IMG/VR virus record: IMGVR_UViG_3300036546_000172
Span: 32,001-96,000 of that record
DNA from: a virus
Taxonomy: Duplodnaviria > Caudoviricetes
Direction: 5' to 3' (one strand)
Length of the DNA: 64,000 bases
Part shown: positions 10,019 to 20,623 of the stretch, one piece after another
Position numbering within the stretch: the first letter of the stretch is position 1
How the letters are laid out: each line of letters starts with the position of its first letter
Notes under the pieces: model-generated
The model's database searches: none
What the model was told of the DNA's origin: nothing
The model's input: the letters and a program-made list of their open reading frames with translations, nothing else
Made by a program: the position numbers and the translations under genes

Positions 10019-11338
10019 ATGCCAGCCATAATCACAAACGATCTGAGAATCACAAATGGTGATTACTTTCAGAATGACATCACCAGAATCCCTATGTATG
10101 TGTATTTTGGTGGTACAGAAGAATGGGACGATGAAACAAATCCACCAGACACTGTGGATTCAACAATCGGTCGAATTGACTCCACAAAAGAAATTTTGGG
10201 GCTTAAAAGAGTCTTCAGTAATGATGTAATCTCTGTTTTACCACGAAGAGATTGGCAAGAAGGTTTTGTCTATGATGAATATACTGACAAAGCCAATATC
10301 ATCGATGACAAGAATCCAGAAACCAATGACTTCTATAAGTTTTATGTCGTTACTGATGAGTTCAACGTCTATAAATGTATCTCAAATAATGATCGAAGTC
10401 CATCAACAATTAAACCCACTGGGACAACAATTACATCATTCCAAACGCCGGATGGTTATGTCTGGAAGTACATGTATACGATCACAACTGATGATGCATT
10501 CAAGTACATGACACCAAACTGGATTCCTATCTATTCTATCTATAATGATAACGGATCACAGCAATGGCAAGTTCAAGAATCCGCGGTTCACGGTTCTATT
10601 GAAAATATCAAGGTTCTAGCTGGAGGTGGTGGCTATCTGTCGACCAATCCACCCACTGTTACTATTACAGGTAATGGTACTGGAGCAACGGCTATTGCTC
10701 AAGTTAATGATGTTTCTGGTCAAGTTGAGAGAATCATTATGACTAATGTTGGTGAAGGTTATACTGAAGCTGAGGTTTTGATTAGCGGTGGCAATGGTCT
10801 TGGTGCATCAGCTGAAGCTGTTATGAGCCCAATTGGCGGTCATGGTTCTGATGCCAGACGAGAACTTGGTGCCGTTTTTAAGATGATTCGAGTTGCTATT
10901 GAATCAGATGAGGGTGGTATTCTTCCAATTGGCATAGACTATAGAAAATCAGGCCTTCTTCTTGAACCAAGAACAAACCAATCTGGTGTAAGTCTATTCA
11001 TTAGTGATACGAAACTTTATGATATTGGTGAGACTGTAACAGGTCAGACTTCAGGTGCTTCGGGTGTAATTAAGTCAATTAACGTCTTGAAGAATCAAAT
11101 CTATTTAGAAGGTGTTACTGGCACATTTACACAAGGTGAGTATGTTTCATCACAGCCTTATAATCAAGATGAAGTGCTTATAGCAAAACAAGAAACTACT
11201 CTTCCTATGACTGATCTGGTTGTTAATGGTAATGATTATGCACCAATGACTGGAAGAACCGTATATTTTGCTAATCGAGAAAAGATTACACGGGGTATTA
11301 ATCAAATTGAAGAATTCCGATTCATTATTCAATTTTAA
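10019..11338 (+). CDS. gp8: Baseplate wedge gp8
   Basis: FYVVTDEFNVYKCISNN, DGYVWKYMYTI, PIGGHG.D...ELGA. Confidence 0.88.
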   Translation: MPAIITNDLRITNGDYFQNDITRIPMYVYFGGTEEWDDETNPPDTVDSTIGRIDSTKEILGLKRVFSNDVISVLPRRDWQEGFVYDEYTDKANIIDDKNPETNDFYKFYVVTDEFNVYKCISNNDRSPSTIKPTGTTITSFQTPDGYVWKYMYTITTDDAFKYMTPNWIPIYSIYNDNGSQQWQVQESAVHGSIENIKVLAGGGGYLSTNPPTVTITGNGTGATAIAQVNDVSGQVERIIMTNVGEGYTEAEVLISGGNGLGASAEAVMSPIGGHGSDARRELGAVFKMIRVAIESDEGGILPIGIDYRKSGLLLEPRTNQSGVSLFISDTKLYDIGETVTGQTSGASGVIKSINVLKNQIYLEGVTGTFTQGEYVSSQPYNQDEVLIAKQETTLPMTDLVVNGNDYAPMTGRTVYFANREKITRGINQIEEFRFIIQF

Positions 11339-11346
11339 TTGGTGTG

Positions 11347-11354
11347 TATAAATA
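11347..11354 (+). promoter_or_regulatory. T4-type late promoter
   Basis: TATAAATA upstream of the 1643-aa gene. Confidence 0.8.
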
Positions 11355-11391
11355 CCTTGTATACCAACATTGAAATATTAAAGGTTGTTAC

Positions 11392-14300
11392 ATGACTCAA
11401 GTAGATAAGTCAAAGTCTCCATACTATGATGATTACAGCGCTGATAAGAATTATCACGAAATTCTGTTCCGCCCGCGTCGCGCTGTTCAAACTCGTGAGC
11501 TAAACCAAATTCAGTCACAGTTTAAAGAGCAGCTTAGTCGGTTCGGTGATAATATTTTTGAAGACGGGTCTGTTGTAATTCCCGGTGAATCAAATTATGA
11601 TTTAGAATTTAAATATGTCCAAGTTAATATTACTAACTATTCTCAGATTGTTGGTCTTCTTGGTTCACAAAATCTTGAACTAGAAATGGCAAATGGTATC
11701 AGAGCAAAAGTTAAAATGTTTGCTGAACCGGAAGGTGCTGATCCTGCTACTTTCTATATTGAGTATATGGAAGGCTCAAATGATGGGGGTTCAAATAACT
11801 TCCAAGCCGGAGATACTATAACAATTAATTTGGCTGGCAACCAGATTGGACAAGCATCGGTTATTGGTACTGGACTTGGTTCTAAGTTTACACTATCCGC
11901 TGGTGTTTACTATATCAACGGTCGATTTGTTCTTGTCACCACGGAATCTGTTTTACTAGACAAATATAGTAATGCTCCATCAAAAGTTGTTGGTATTCAA
12001 TATGATGAAGTAGTTGTTACTGAGTCTGGTGATAGCAGCCTATTTGATAATGCTCAGGGTACGCCAAACTTCTCTGCTCCTGGTGCACATAGACTCCGTG
12101 TAGATACAAAGCTTGTTGTTTATGATCTGGACAGTTCAGAAACAATCCCAGACAATGTGGTTGAAATCTTCCGAATTAGTAATGGTCAGATTCAGAAGAA
12201 GTATCGCGGACCTGACTATAACATTCTTGGTGATGTTATGGCTCAGAGGACATATGAAGAGTCTGGTGACTACACTGTCAAGTCATTCAATATCGGTTTT
12301 GCTGATTTTGAGGAAGGATTCGGTCTTGAGGATGATAGCAAATTTACTATCCAACTAGATCCGGGTCTTGCTTATGTGCGTGGTTATAGGATTGAGACAA
12401 ACTCCAAGACTAATATTGCGGCAGATAAAGCACGAGATGTTGGTTTAATTAATAACAGTTCTATTTCTGCTGCTTTGGGATATTATGTTGAGGTTGAAAA
12501 TCTCAGTGCTATGCCAAGTGTTGTAAATTTACAATCTCTGAACTTTAAAGATGGTACATCGACTCTACTAGGCACCGCACGGATTCGTTTTATATCTAAT
12601 CCATCAACAAATGTTTACAGATTGTATTTATTTGATGTCCGTGATACGGCAGGTATTAGATCTACAACATTTATCAATAGTGCTGTAACGGTTGATTCTA
12701 CAGATACTGTTACATTTAGTGCTGATTTGATTGAATCAACCATCTACGAAGCAACATTTAACTCTTTGCTATTCCCGATGAACGTAGAGTTTGTCCGTTC
12801 TTTGAATGTTAACAATGGACAATCAGATACTTCATATTCTTCGGTTAAGCAAGTAACAAGTACTGTTGATTCATCGGGTCAAGTTACTTTCACTGCTGGT
12901 GGTAATGAGGTCTTTGTTGGACAAGATGCACGTTTTGCATTTGGCGCGTTCACAGATACAAATGAGTTTGTTGATATTTCTACAAGCTATACTCTTGGTG
13001 GTTCTCCGACTGGTTCATTTATCACCTTGAATCTTGGTTCTGCAAATGCTGGACGACCTGTAAGACTGAATCTTCAGGTAGCCAAGCAAGAGGTTATTCA
13101 AAAGACAAAAACAGTTACCCAGCATACAATCTCTGGTTCGGTTACTAATGGCAGACTGGCTCTCGGTAAGGCCGATGCTTTCCGTATTATCTCTATAACA
13201 GATAATGGGAATAATGATGTAACTAATCTGTTTACACTGGAACCAAATAAAACCAGTTCGTTTTATGGTACATCATACATAGAGACAGGATCATCGGTTT
13301 CCAATCCAGTTACAGTTGTTTTCGAATATTTCTCTCATTCTAGTGGTGATTATTTTGGTCCAGATTCTTATGTTGATCTGGATTATGATGACATTCCAAA
13401 TGAGGGTGGTATTAGATTATCTGATGTTCTGGACTTTAGGCCTAGAATTAATGATGCCGGTACTGGATTTACCGGTGCTGGGTCATCGGTTGGTAATATT
13501 CCGACGCCATTCAGTATTATCAGAACCGACCTTGAGCACTACTTGAAGCGTATTGATAAGGTGTATGTGAATAGTGAAGGTGAATTTGGTGTGGTTAAGG
13601 GTGTTCCTGATCTTGATCCGTCGGCACCAGCTGATCCTGCTGAGTCTATGGTTCTTTATACACTTTATGTTCCACCATATACATTTGATCTCGAAGGTGT
13701 TCAGGCTGAAAAGGTTAATAACCGCAGATATACAATGAAAGATATCGGTAATATTGAGAACCGATTGTCAAACGTTGAATACTATGTTACATTGAATATG
13801 CTTGAACAAGAAACAGAATCCGCCCAAGTAACTGATCCTGTGACTGGTGCAAACCGCTTCAAAAACGGTTTCTTTACAGATCGGTTTATTGATCACGGCT
13901 CTGCTGATTTTGCATGGCCTGGCTATCATGTCGCGATGGATGACGAAGATTCAGAACTTCGTCCTGAATTTTCCATGAATGCTATTGATCTACAGATGAA
14001 TGAGCTCGGATCTTCTAATGTTGTTGTGTCTGATAACATTGTTACATTGCCTTATGAAGAAGTAACATATGTTAAGCAGAATCAACGGTCAAGAACCCTG
14101 AATGTTAACCCATACGCAATCTACAGATGGACTGGTACACTTAAGCTGAATCCTTCTATGGATTCATGGATTGATACACACTATACCAATCCAGATGTGA
14201 CATACAGAGTCTTCAATAATGGTCGTTTGACACAAAGTTGGAAATCTTGGCAGCTTAACTGGACTGGTGGAGTTAATAGCACATCTCGTTCATTTACACG

Positions 14301-16323
14301 GACATCCGCTCCACATAGTGTGTGGAAATCAGCTGGTGCATGGGGTGAGCAAGGTGACCGCTGGAACGCAGCCAGTGCATCGGGTTGGAGAAGAACTACA
14401 GATACATTCCGTACAACCACAACAACTAGAACCAATATTGATGTTGTGAATGACCGTGTTGTAGACACATCCGTGATTCCGTTTATGCGTTCAATTAATG
14501 TTCGGTTAACCGGTAAGGGCAACCGTCCATTGTGCCGTATGCACTTCTTCTTTGACGAGACGAATATTAATCAATATATCCGCCCCGTTTCAGGAAGTTT
14601 CGGTAATCCAGTTGTGACTGATATTGATGGTAATTTTGAAGCTATCTTCAGGATCCCGAACAATGAACAACAAAGATTCCGTACAGGTGAAAAGCAGATT
14701 GTTGCAACTGATGAAGCCGGCAATAATCAACAAGTTTCTACTTCGTATTCACAGGCTCAGTTTACATCAACTGGTACTAGACAGGTTAGACAAAGGACTA
14801 TTGTTGCAACAAGATCAACTACAACTAATACTAATTTGGTTCGTCGTGTTTGGTCTGATCCACTTGCACAGTCTTTCCTAGTTGAACGACGCGGTGGTAT
14901 GTTTGTGACAAAGATCAATTGTTTCTTTAAAACAAAAGACCCTTCCGTTCCTGTAGCTGTGCAAATCCGTGAGATGGATAATGGTCAACCAACACAGACG
15001 ATTGTGCCTGGTGGAGAGAAGCTGTTGAATCCATCTGAGGTCAATCTATCCGATGATGGTTCTGTAGCGACTACGTTCGTGTTTGATCACCCGGTTTATC
15101 TTCAGGACGGTACAGAATATTGTTTCGTATTGATGTCAAACTCTAATCAGTATAATGCATTTATTGCAACTATGGGTGAACAAGATCTTGGCAATGGTCG
15201 GATTATTGTGAAACAACCATATGCGGGTGTTCTGTTTAAATCACAGAATAACTCTACTTGGACAGAGGATCAACAGTCTGATCTTCAATTTGAGATCTTT
15301 GCTGCAAAATTCAACACTGATGTTGTTGGAATATTAGAGATGGAAAATACTGATTTTGATCCAATCAGACTTCCTGCAAATCCGTTTAAGACCGAAGAGA
15401 GTAGTCAAGAAGTTATTGTGAATCGTGAACATCACAATTATGTAGTTGGTTCACAAATTACTATTTTGGGTGCTGTAGGGAATAACGGTATTACAACACT
15501 GAACGGTAATCATATCGTGACCGAAGTTCTGAATCCTAATCAGTTCAAGATCACTATGACAGAAACTGCCACACTTACCGGTGATATTGGTGGTGAAAAT
15601 GTAGAGATCTCTGACACTGTTCAGGCAAGTATCTTGAATCCAAATATCCCTGTGATTAATTTGCCTAGTACAACAATTGCTTTTGGTGCAAAAGGAACTA
15701 CAGGTAAGTCTATTGATGGAGCTGAAACCCCATATGTTGCACAGGCTAGCTATATTCCTGTCGACAATGAAACAATCAATAATTTGAGTGTTCCATGGAT
15801 CATTACAAACCGTGCTGATGAAGATTACAATGCGGGTGGGGAGCGGACATTCAAGATGCACGCTATTATGTCTACAACGAATGAAAACGTATCACCTGTT
15901 ATTGACTTGTCTGGTGCTAACGTGATTACACCATTTGTTGAAGTTACTAAGAAATCTACTGTAGAGGCGGATGGTTCTAATAACTGGGCAAATTATAGAA
16001 CTCGTGTGAATCCTTTGGCTACTCCAGCTGATATGATCAAATGTTACCTGGATATTAGAACAATTGATCCAGCTAACGTGATCATTTCTGTCAGGACAGC
16101 AAACAGTCAGGAAGAGTTTGAGACTTCAACATGGCAAGTTATTCCTAACATAACTACCGATACACCGGCAGATGGTAATAATTTCTATGAATATGAATTT
16201 GAAAAGACGGGTATGTCTCAATTCTCATTCTATCAAATCATGATTCAACTGAAGTCTGATAGTTCGGTTGTTTTCCCAAGATGCAAACGGCTGAGGGTTA
16301 TGGCCTTGTCTGATTTTAGTTAA
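11392..16323 (+). CDS. Large virion structural protein (VrlC / DUF4815-like)
   Basis: SPYYDD....Y..ILFRP...VQ.RELNQIQS, APGAHR, RTYEESGDY, RYTM.DIG, RFKNGFF.D.F, DPLAQSF, LFKSQN..TW. Confidence 0.85.
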   Translation: MTQVDKSKSPYYDDYSADKNYHEILFRPRRAVQTRELNQIQSQFKEQLSRFGDNIFEDGSVVIPGESNYDLEFKYVQVNITNYSQIVGLLGSQNLELEMANGIRAKVKMFAEPEGADPATFYIEYMEGSNDGGSNNFQAGDTITINLAGNQIGQASVIGTGLGSKFTLSAGVYYINGRFVLVTTESVLLDKYSNAPSKVVGIQYDEVVVTESGDSSLFDNAQGTPNFSAPGAHRLRVDTKLVVYDLDSSETIPDNVVEIFRISNGQIQKKYRGPDYNILGDVMAQRTYEESGDYTVKSFNIGFADFEEGFGLEDDSKFTIQLDPGLAYVRGYRIETNSKTNIAADKARDVGLINNSSISAALGYYVEVENLSAMPSVVNLQSLNFKDGTSTLLGTARIRFISNPSTNVYRLYLFDVRDTAGIRSTTFINSAVTVDSTDTVTFSADLIESTIYEATFNSLLFPMNVEFVRSLNVNNGQSDTSYSSVKQVTSTVDSSGQVTFTAGGNEVFVGQDARFAFGAFTDTNEFVDISTSYTLGGSPTGSFITLNLGSANAGRPVRLNLQVAKQEVIQKTKTVTQHTISGSVTNGRLALGKADAFRIISITDNGNNDVTNLFTLEPNKTSSFYGTSYIETGSSVSNPVTVVFEYFSHSSGDYFGPDSYVDLDYDDIPNEGGIRLSDVLDFRPRINDAGTGFTGAGSSVGNIPTPFSIIRTDLEHYLKRIDKVYVNSEGEFGVVKGVPDLDPSAPADPAESMVLYTLYVPPYTFDLEGVQAEKVNNRRYTMKDIGNIENRLSNVEYYVTLNMLEQETESAQVTDPVTGANRFKNGFFTDRFIDHGSADFAWPGYHVAMDDEDSELRPEFSMNAIDLQMNELGSSNVVVSDNIVTLPYEEVTYVKQNQRSRTLNVNPYAIYRWTGTLKLNPSMDSWIDTHYTNPDVTYRVFNNGRLTQSWKSWQLNWTGGVNSTSRSFTRTSAPHSVWKSAGAWGEQGDRWNAASASGWRRTTDTFRTTTTTRTNIDVVNDRVVDTSVIPFMRSINVRLTGKGNRPLCRMHFFFDETNINQYIRPVSGSFGNPVVTDIDGNFEAIFRIPNNEQQRFRTGEKQIVATDEAGNNQQVSTSYSQAQFTSTGTRQVRQRTIVATRSTTTNTNLVRRVWSDPLAQSFLVERRGGMFVTKINCFFKTKDPSVPVAVQIREMDNGQPTQTIVPGGEKLLNPSEVNLSDDGSVATTFVFDHPVYLQDGTEYCFVLMSNSNQYNAFIATMGEQDLGNGRIIVKQPYAGVLFKSQNNSTWTEDQQSDLQFEIFAAKFNTDVVGILEMENTDFDPIRLPANPFKTEESSQEVIVNREHHNYVVGSQITILGAVGNNGITTLNGNHIVTEVLNPNQFKITMTETATLTGDIGGENVEISDTVQASILNPNIPVINLPSTTIAFGAKGTTGKSIDGAETPYVAQASYIPVDNETINNLSVPWIITNRADEDYNAGGERTFKMHAIMSTTNENVSPVIDLSGANVITPFVEVTKKSTVEADGSNNWANYRTRVNPLATPADMIKCYLDIRTIDPANVIISVRTANSQEEFETSTWQVIPNITTDTPADGNNFYEYEFEKTGMSQFSFYQIMIQLKSDSSVVFPRCKRLRVMALSDFS

Positions 16324-16335
16324 AGGAGAAATACG

Positions 16336-16824
16336 ATGAAATTTAATAAAACTGCTTTGGGTGTTATTGCTTTCATCGTTGTTCTTATTCTGGCCGGGTA
16401 TTCTGCCCGGTCAGGAGCAGACAACGGTGCAAGGATTGGCGTTGGTAAGACTCTGATTAATTCTCATTTGAAGATTGGTGAGATCGGATATGAATATAAT
16501 GACTGGGAATTCTCTGCTACCATACTTGAAGAAGGCCAAACGAAAAACGGCTTCCAGTCAGACAACATGCACATCTATTCGGTTAGTTATCTTACTAAGC
16601 CCAAATGGGGTGTTTATGGTGTAGACCCTTATTTTAGACTAGGTGTTTCTTATAATGATGGTTCTAAGTTGATAGGAAACAGTAATTTCAGACTTGGAGT
16701 TGGTTTAGACTTTCACGATGTTTGGCGTGTAGAGTTTAGCCACCATTCTAGTGCAGGTATTCACAACCCAAACACTGGATTGGATTACATCACACTAACG
16801 TACAAAATTCCACCAATGTTCTGA
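16336..16824 (+). CDS. PagL-like lipid A 3-O-deacylase (outer-membrane beta-barrel)
   Basis: Signal peptide, alternating beta strands, C-terminal HHSSAGIHNPNTGLD matching the PagL HxSNAGxxxPNxGx(E/D) motif; RBS AAGGAG. Confidence 0.75.
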   Translation: MKFNKTALGVIAFIVVLILAGYSARSGADNGARIGVGKTLINSHLKIGEIGYEYNDWEFSATILEEGQTKNGFQSDNMHIYSVSYLTKPKWGVYGVDPYFRLGVSYNDGSKLIGNSNFRLGVGLDFHDVWRVEFSHHSSAGIHNPNTGLDYITLTYKIPPMF

Positions 16825-16831
16825 GGCAATT

Positions 16832-17068
16832 ATGGAACTCTATTTAATCATAGCATTATGCTTTATTATCATATTAATGTTAATTCCAACTGCTCTTGGG
16901 ATGTTGATGCTATTTCATACTCTAGTAAGAGAAAAGAAATCTCCAGTAGATAAGAGTAATAGAATTAATCATCTTAGACTCGTTTGGTTTGCAATGGCAA
17001 ATGAAGAAGATTTCGTTGATTTGTATCCATGGCTAAGAAAAGATGAAAAAGACAACTTGAGAAAATAA
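16832..17068 (+). CDS. Small membrane protein
   Basis: Long N-terminal hydrophobic helix, charged C-terminus. Confidence 0.6.
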   Translation: MELYLIIALCFIIILMLIPTALGMLMLFHTLVREKKSPVDKSNRINHLRLVWFAMANEEDFVDLYPWLRKDEKDNLRK

Positions 17069-17070
17069 CT

Positions 17071-17277
17071 ATGAACAAAGTACAAGGTAAAGATCATCTA
17101 ATTAAAACCGAGACAGGGGCAGTTATTAATGCTGATCAAAATGCTTACAAGTTGGCAAAGCAGCATAAAAGACGCATTATGCAAGAAAGAGAAAAGCAAC
17201 AATCACTCGAAGATCGAATTGGAAGACTCGAACAGCTTATCTCAAAACTTACCGGAGAAGAAGGTGAACAACTTTAA
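17071..17277 (+). CDS. Small coiled-coil protein
   Basis: 68 aa, L.K..TGAVIN.D motif; position before the neck genes. Confidence 0.6.
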   Translation: MNKVQGKDHLIKTETGAVINADQNAYKLAKQHKRRIMQEREKQQSLEDRIGRLEQLISKLTGEEGEQL

Positions 17278-17731
17278 GTTCAGTCAGAGAAGTATAAACA
17301 ATCTCCAATATGTAGATGAAGACCTGGTAGAGACTTGTTACTTGGCTCTAGAGTTTAGCACAGTCGATTTTGGTATTTCCGAAGGGCTTAGAACAAAATC
17401 TAGACAAAAAGAGTTGTTTGATAGCGGTAAATCACAAACAATGAATAGCAAACATCTCGATAATCCATCTACACCGGATATTATTGACAGCTGGGCTGTT
17501 GATGTTTACGCCTATGTCAATGGTGGTGTTTCCTGGGACATTAAGCATTATATTCAAATTGCTGAAGCATTTAGACAAGCTGGTATTGAATTAAATAACA
17601 AAATAAGATGGGGCGGTTCGTGGACAATCTTAAATAATGAACCAAGTGCAGAGATCGCATATGAAGATTATGTTGAATCTAGGCGAAGTCCATTTGTCGA
17701 TGGCCCTCACTTTGAAATCATTAAGGACTAA
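17264..17731 (+). CDS. Endolysin, peptidase M15 (L-Ala-D-Glu peptidase type)
   Basis: FS.RS..NL..V..DL, EGLRT..RQ, SKH....AVD, RWGG.W, DGPHFE; GTG 17264 follows GGAGAAG. Confidence 0.85.
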   Translation: MNNFKFSQRSINNLQYVDEDLVETCYLALEFSTVDFGISEGLRTKSRQKELFDSGKSQTMNSKHLDNPSTPDIIDSWAVDVYAYVNGGVSWDIKHYIQIAEAFRQAGIELNNKIRWGGSWTILNNEPSAEIAYEDYVESRRSPFVDGPHFEIIKD

Positions 17732-17734
17732 CAA

Positions 17735-18472
17735 ATGGCTGTAACATCAAGAGAAGAATTAAAACAATATTGCTTACGTCGCCTTGGTCAGCCAGTCATT
17801 GATATTAACGTTGATGATACACAGCTTGAAGATCGTATTGATGAAGCACTGGAGGTTTATCAAGAGAAGCACTATGACGCAACCGAACGTGACTGGGTCT
17901 ACTATGAGATAACTCAGACTGACATCGACAATGGATACGTGTCTATTCCTGATGACATCTTGGTGGTGATCTCTATATTACCATTTAATGAGATTATCGC
18001 CCAAGGCAATATGTTCTCATATCAGTATCAAATTGCACTGTCTGAATTGTCTCCTTGGCGTCCATTTAACCAATTAGACTATTTCATGAAAGTGACTAAT
18101 TACGAGTCCATTGCTAACATGACATCCGTGACTCCTACCATGGATTTTTCGCGTCATGGTCGCAAATTGAAGATCTTTGCCGAGCTTGGGAACTTGGGTG
18201 TAGGCTATAAGCTGGGCGTACAGGTTCAAAGAATAATTGACCCTGAAACAGTGACAGCTGTTTATAATGACAAATGGTTGAAGCAATATGTTACTGCTTT
18301 GATGCAAAAACAATGGGGAATGAATATGAAAAAGTTCTCTGGTGTTCAGATGCTGGGTGGTGTAGAGCTTAACGGTCAGCAGTTATTCGATGAGGCAGTA
18401 CAAGAGATTGAGCGTCTGGAAGAGCAGTTAGAAACAACGTATATGCTCCCTGTTGATATGCTTATAGGATAG
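17735..18472 (+). CDS. gp13: Neck protein gp13
   Basis: LKQYCLRRLG.PVI.INV...Q.EDRI.EAL; W.K.Y.TAL...QWG.N..KF.G..M.GGV.LNG. Confidence 0.92.
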   Translation: MAVTSREELKQYCLRRLGQPVIDINVDDTQLEDRIDEALEVYQEKHYDATERDWVYYEITQTDIDNGYVSIPDDILVVISILPFNEIIAQGNMFSYQYQIALSELSPWRPFNQLDYFMKVTNYESIANMTSVTPTMDFSRHGRKLKIFAELGNLGVGYKLGVQVQRIIDPETVTAVYNDKWLKQYVTALMQKQWGMNMKKFSGVQMLGGVELNGQQLFDEAVQEIERLEEQLETTYMLPVDMLIG

Positions 18473-18475
18473 AGT

Positions 18476-18748
18476 ATGGATAACAGAGAGCGAGAAGAGA
18501 TAGAATTTCAAAGAGAAACACGCAAATGGCGCATACGACGTCGATTTGCAGTGATCTCATTTGTTCATTTGCTGATGCTGACTCTGTTCTATCTCATTGC
18601 ACCGTTTCATCTGACTCCAGAAGAATCTAAGGTGTTTGCCGATTTCAACTCCATTATGATGACCCTCATCGGTTTCTTCAGTGGAATTGTGATGCTGTAC
18701 ATGGGAGCGGTTACATACGCTGATCAGCACGTCAAGATAAATAGTTAA
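18476..18748 (+). CDS. Two-TM membrane protein (holin candidate)
   Basis: Basic N-terminus RKWRIRRR followed by two hydrophobic helices. Confidence 0.5.
   Translation: MDNREREEIEFQRETRKWRIRRRFAVISFVHLLMLTLFYLIAPFHLTPEESKVFADFNSIMMTLIGFFSGIVMLYMGAVTYADQHVKINS
18736..18743 (+). promoter_or_regulatory. Late promoter variant
   Basis: GATAAATA upstream of gp14. Confidence 0.55.
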
Positions 18749-18813
18749 ATGTATACCTATACCATCCACCACGTAACTAAGAAAACCCCGTCTCCATGGG
18801 GAGAGAAGGTTCT

Positions 18814-19446
18814 ATGGCCATAGTCAGTCCTCATTTTAATCACTACCGAGCCTCCAACGAACAGAGCTTGATCCAAGATCTGGTGGATGAAAGCATATAT
18901 CAGAGAGGATTGGAGTGTCTTTATATTCCTCGTTCTCAAGATAATATCGATTATCTGTACAATGAAGACTCGAGTCAGTACTATTCATCGTTCGCATCTG
19001 TTGCTCTGTATCCCATGTTTGTAGATGGGTTTGACGGTCAGGAAATGATGACCATGTTCGGTGATGAGTTCCAGAAGAGCGGAACTTTTGCATTGTCTAA
19101 GCGTAAGTTCACCGAATGGCTGCCGACTATGTCCAGACCACAAGAAGGTGATCTTATATTCATGCCCATTACTAACACTATCATGGAAATTAAATTCGTG
19201 GAGCACGAGTCTCCTTTCTTCGAGAAGGGCAAGCAGTACGTCTATGAACTGAAGTGCGAGGCGTTTGAATTCTCCTATGAGGATATTGCTACAGGCAACA
19301 CTGAATTCGATGATTTGGTGGATGCTGAAATAGACATTATAGATCCAGATATCAATACTGAAATCTATGGCGACAATGACGATATTGAGACAGATACTGC
19401 TGACGATATCGACTTTGATCCAAATAACCCATTCGGAGTCAGATGA
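18814..19446 (+). CDS. gp14: Neck protein gp14
   Basis: EQ.L..DLV.ESI...G....YIPR, RP.EGDLI.MP, EIKFVE.E.PF. Confidence 0.92.
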   Translation: MAIVSPHFNHYRASNEQSLIQDLVDESIYQRGLECLYIPRSQDNIDYLYNEDSSQYYSSFASVALYPMFVDGFDGQEMMTMFGDEFQKSGTFALSKRKFTEWLPTMSRPQEGDLIFMPITNTIMEIKFVEHESPFFEKGKQYVYELKCEAFEFSYEDIATGNTEFDDLVDAEIDIIDPDINTEIYGDNDDIETDTADDIDFDPNNPFGVR

Positions 19447-20141
19447 TGGCGATTCTTGAGCAGCATTTCTACCATAAAACCATTCATCTGTATACCGGTG
19501 TATTCGGTACGGTATTTGATGGGATCCAAATAGAGAGATCGAATGGCAAACTGATCAAGGTGCCTATTTCGTATGCCGGGCAACAGAAGCAGAATACTAG
19601 ACTGGATCAGAATGAAGACCCCAATGCATCTAGATACAAGATGAGGCTGCCTCGGCTGTCCTTCATGTTGACTGGGTGGCAGAAAGATGAGTCTCGTATC
19701 ACTAATAAGATGCATATGCTGCAGGAGCAAGGTGTAGATCGAAGCGTTAATAACCAGGTTAACAGCCAAATGAACCGTGTGCCATACACGTTCAATTATG
19801 AACTGCGCGCTAAGACCAAGCACCTGGATGATATGATGCAGATTGCCGAACAAATACTGCCGTTCTTCAATCCATCGATCAAAATAGTAGTCAATGATAA
19901 TCCTGATTTGAATATGACAACCGCTCTCAATTTGACTCTGACTGATTCGAATCTAGAGGATCAATTTGAGGGTGCGTTTGAAGAGGGTCGAGTGATTGAG
20001 GCTGTGTTCAACTTCGCTCTAGAGGGATACTTGTACGGTCCTACTTCACCCTCTGGTGTCATTCAGACAGTCTATGTTAACTACTACGATTTGCTAAATC
20101 CAGATGATATACTTGAAACTGATGTGTTTACGGAGCGGTAA
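19443..20141 (+). CDS. gp15: Tail sheath stabiliser / terminator gp15
   Basis: FYH.TI....FGT.F, KVPI.Y, LPR.SF, VPY, Q..EQILPFF.P, GYLYGP. Confidence 0.92.
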   Translation: MMAILEQHFYHKTIHLYTGVFGTVFDGIQIERSNGKLIKVPISYAGQQKQNTRLDQNEDPNASRYKMRLPRLSFMLTGWQKDESRITNKMHMLQEQGVDRSVNNQVNSQMNRVPYTFNYELRAKTKHLDDMMQIAEQILPFFNPSIKIVVNDNPDLNMTTALNLTLTDSNLEDQFEGAFEEGRVIEAVFNFALEGYLYGPTSPSGVIQTVYVNYYDLLNPDDILETDVFTER

Positions 20142-20623
20142 TGGCAGAGTCTAAGTTTGATAGACAATTGAAACAGTTGCTCAATGGAGACGTTGAGAAC
20201 GACATTGATTCCCTACCGGATGGTGAGGAAGAAGAGCAGCAAGTTGAGGAGCTTGTACCTGTTGTATATGACGACAAACCATCTCAAATGTCTATTGACA
20301 ACAATCCAGATCTGCAGCATGACTATGAGTTCGCCAGGTCTAATTACTACGGTCTGATTGGTCGCACTAATGCAGCGGTTGATCTAGCCCTTCGTGTGGC
20401 TCAAATGTCTGAGCATCCACGTGCTATGGAAGTGGCCGCTAATTTGATGAAAACTTCGGCTGATATCACCAAAGACCTGCTGTCTCTGCAGAAGTCTATT
20501 CAGAACGACACTAAGAGTACAAAGACTCCAAGCGGAACTTATGTGCAAAACAACTACTACGGTGATAAGTCACCAGATGATATAGACCAAGAGCTCGATG
20601 GCCTGGACGACACGAAAAAGTAA
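20141..20623 (+). CDS. gp16: Terminase small subunit gp16
   Basis: DYEFAR.N, SEHPRA.EV. Confidence 0.9.
   Translation: MAESKFDRQLKQLLNGDVENDIDSLPDGEEEEQQVEELVPVVYDDKPSQMSIDNNPDLQHDYEFARSNYYGLIGRTNAAVDLALRVAQMSEHPRAMEVAANLMKTSADITKDLLSLQKSIQNDTKSTKTPSGTYVQNNYYGDKSPDDIDQELDGLDDTKK

Noticed and set aside
17129-17263. N-terminal extension of the endolysin
   Set aside because: Overlaps the upstream gene; GTG 17264 has an RBS and matches the family start
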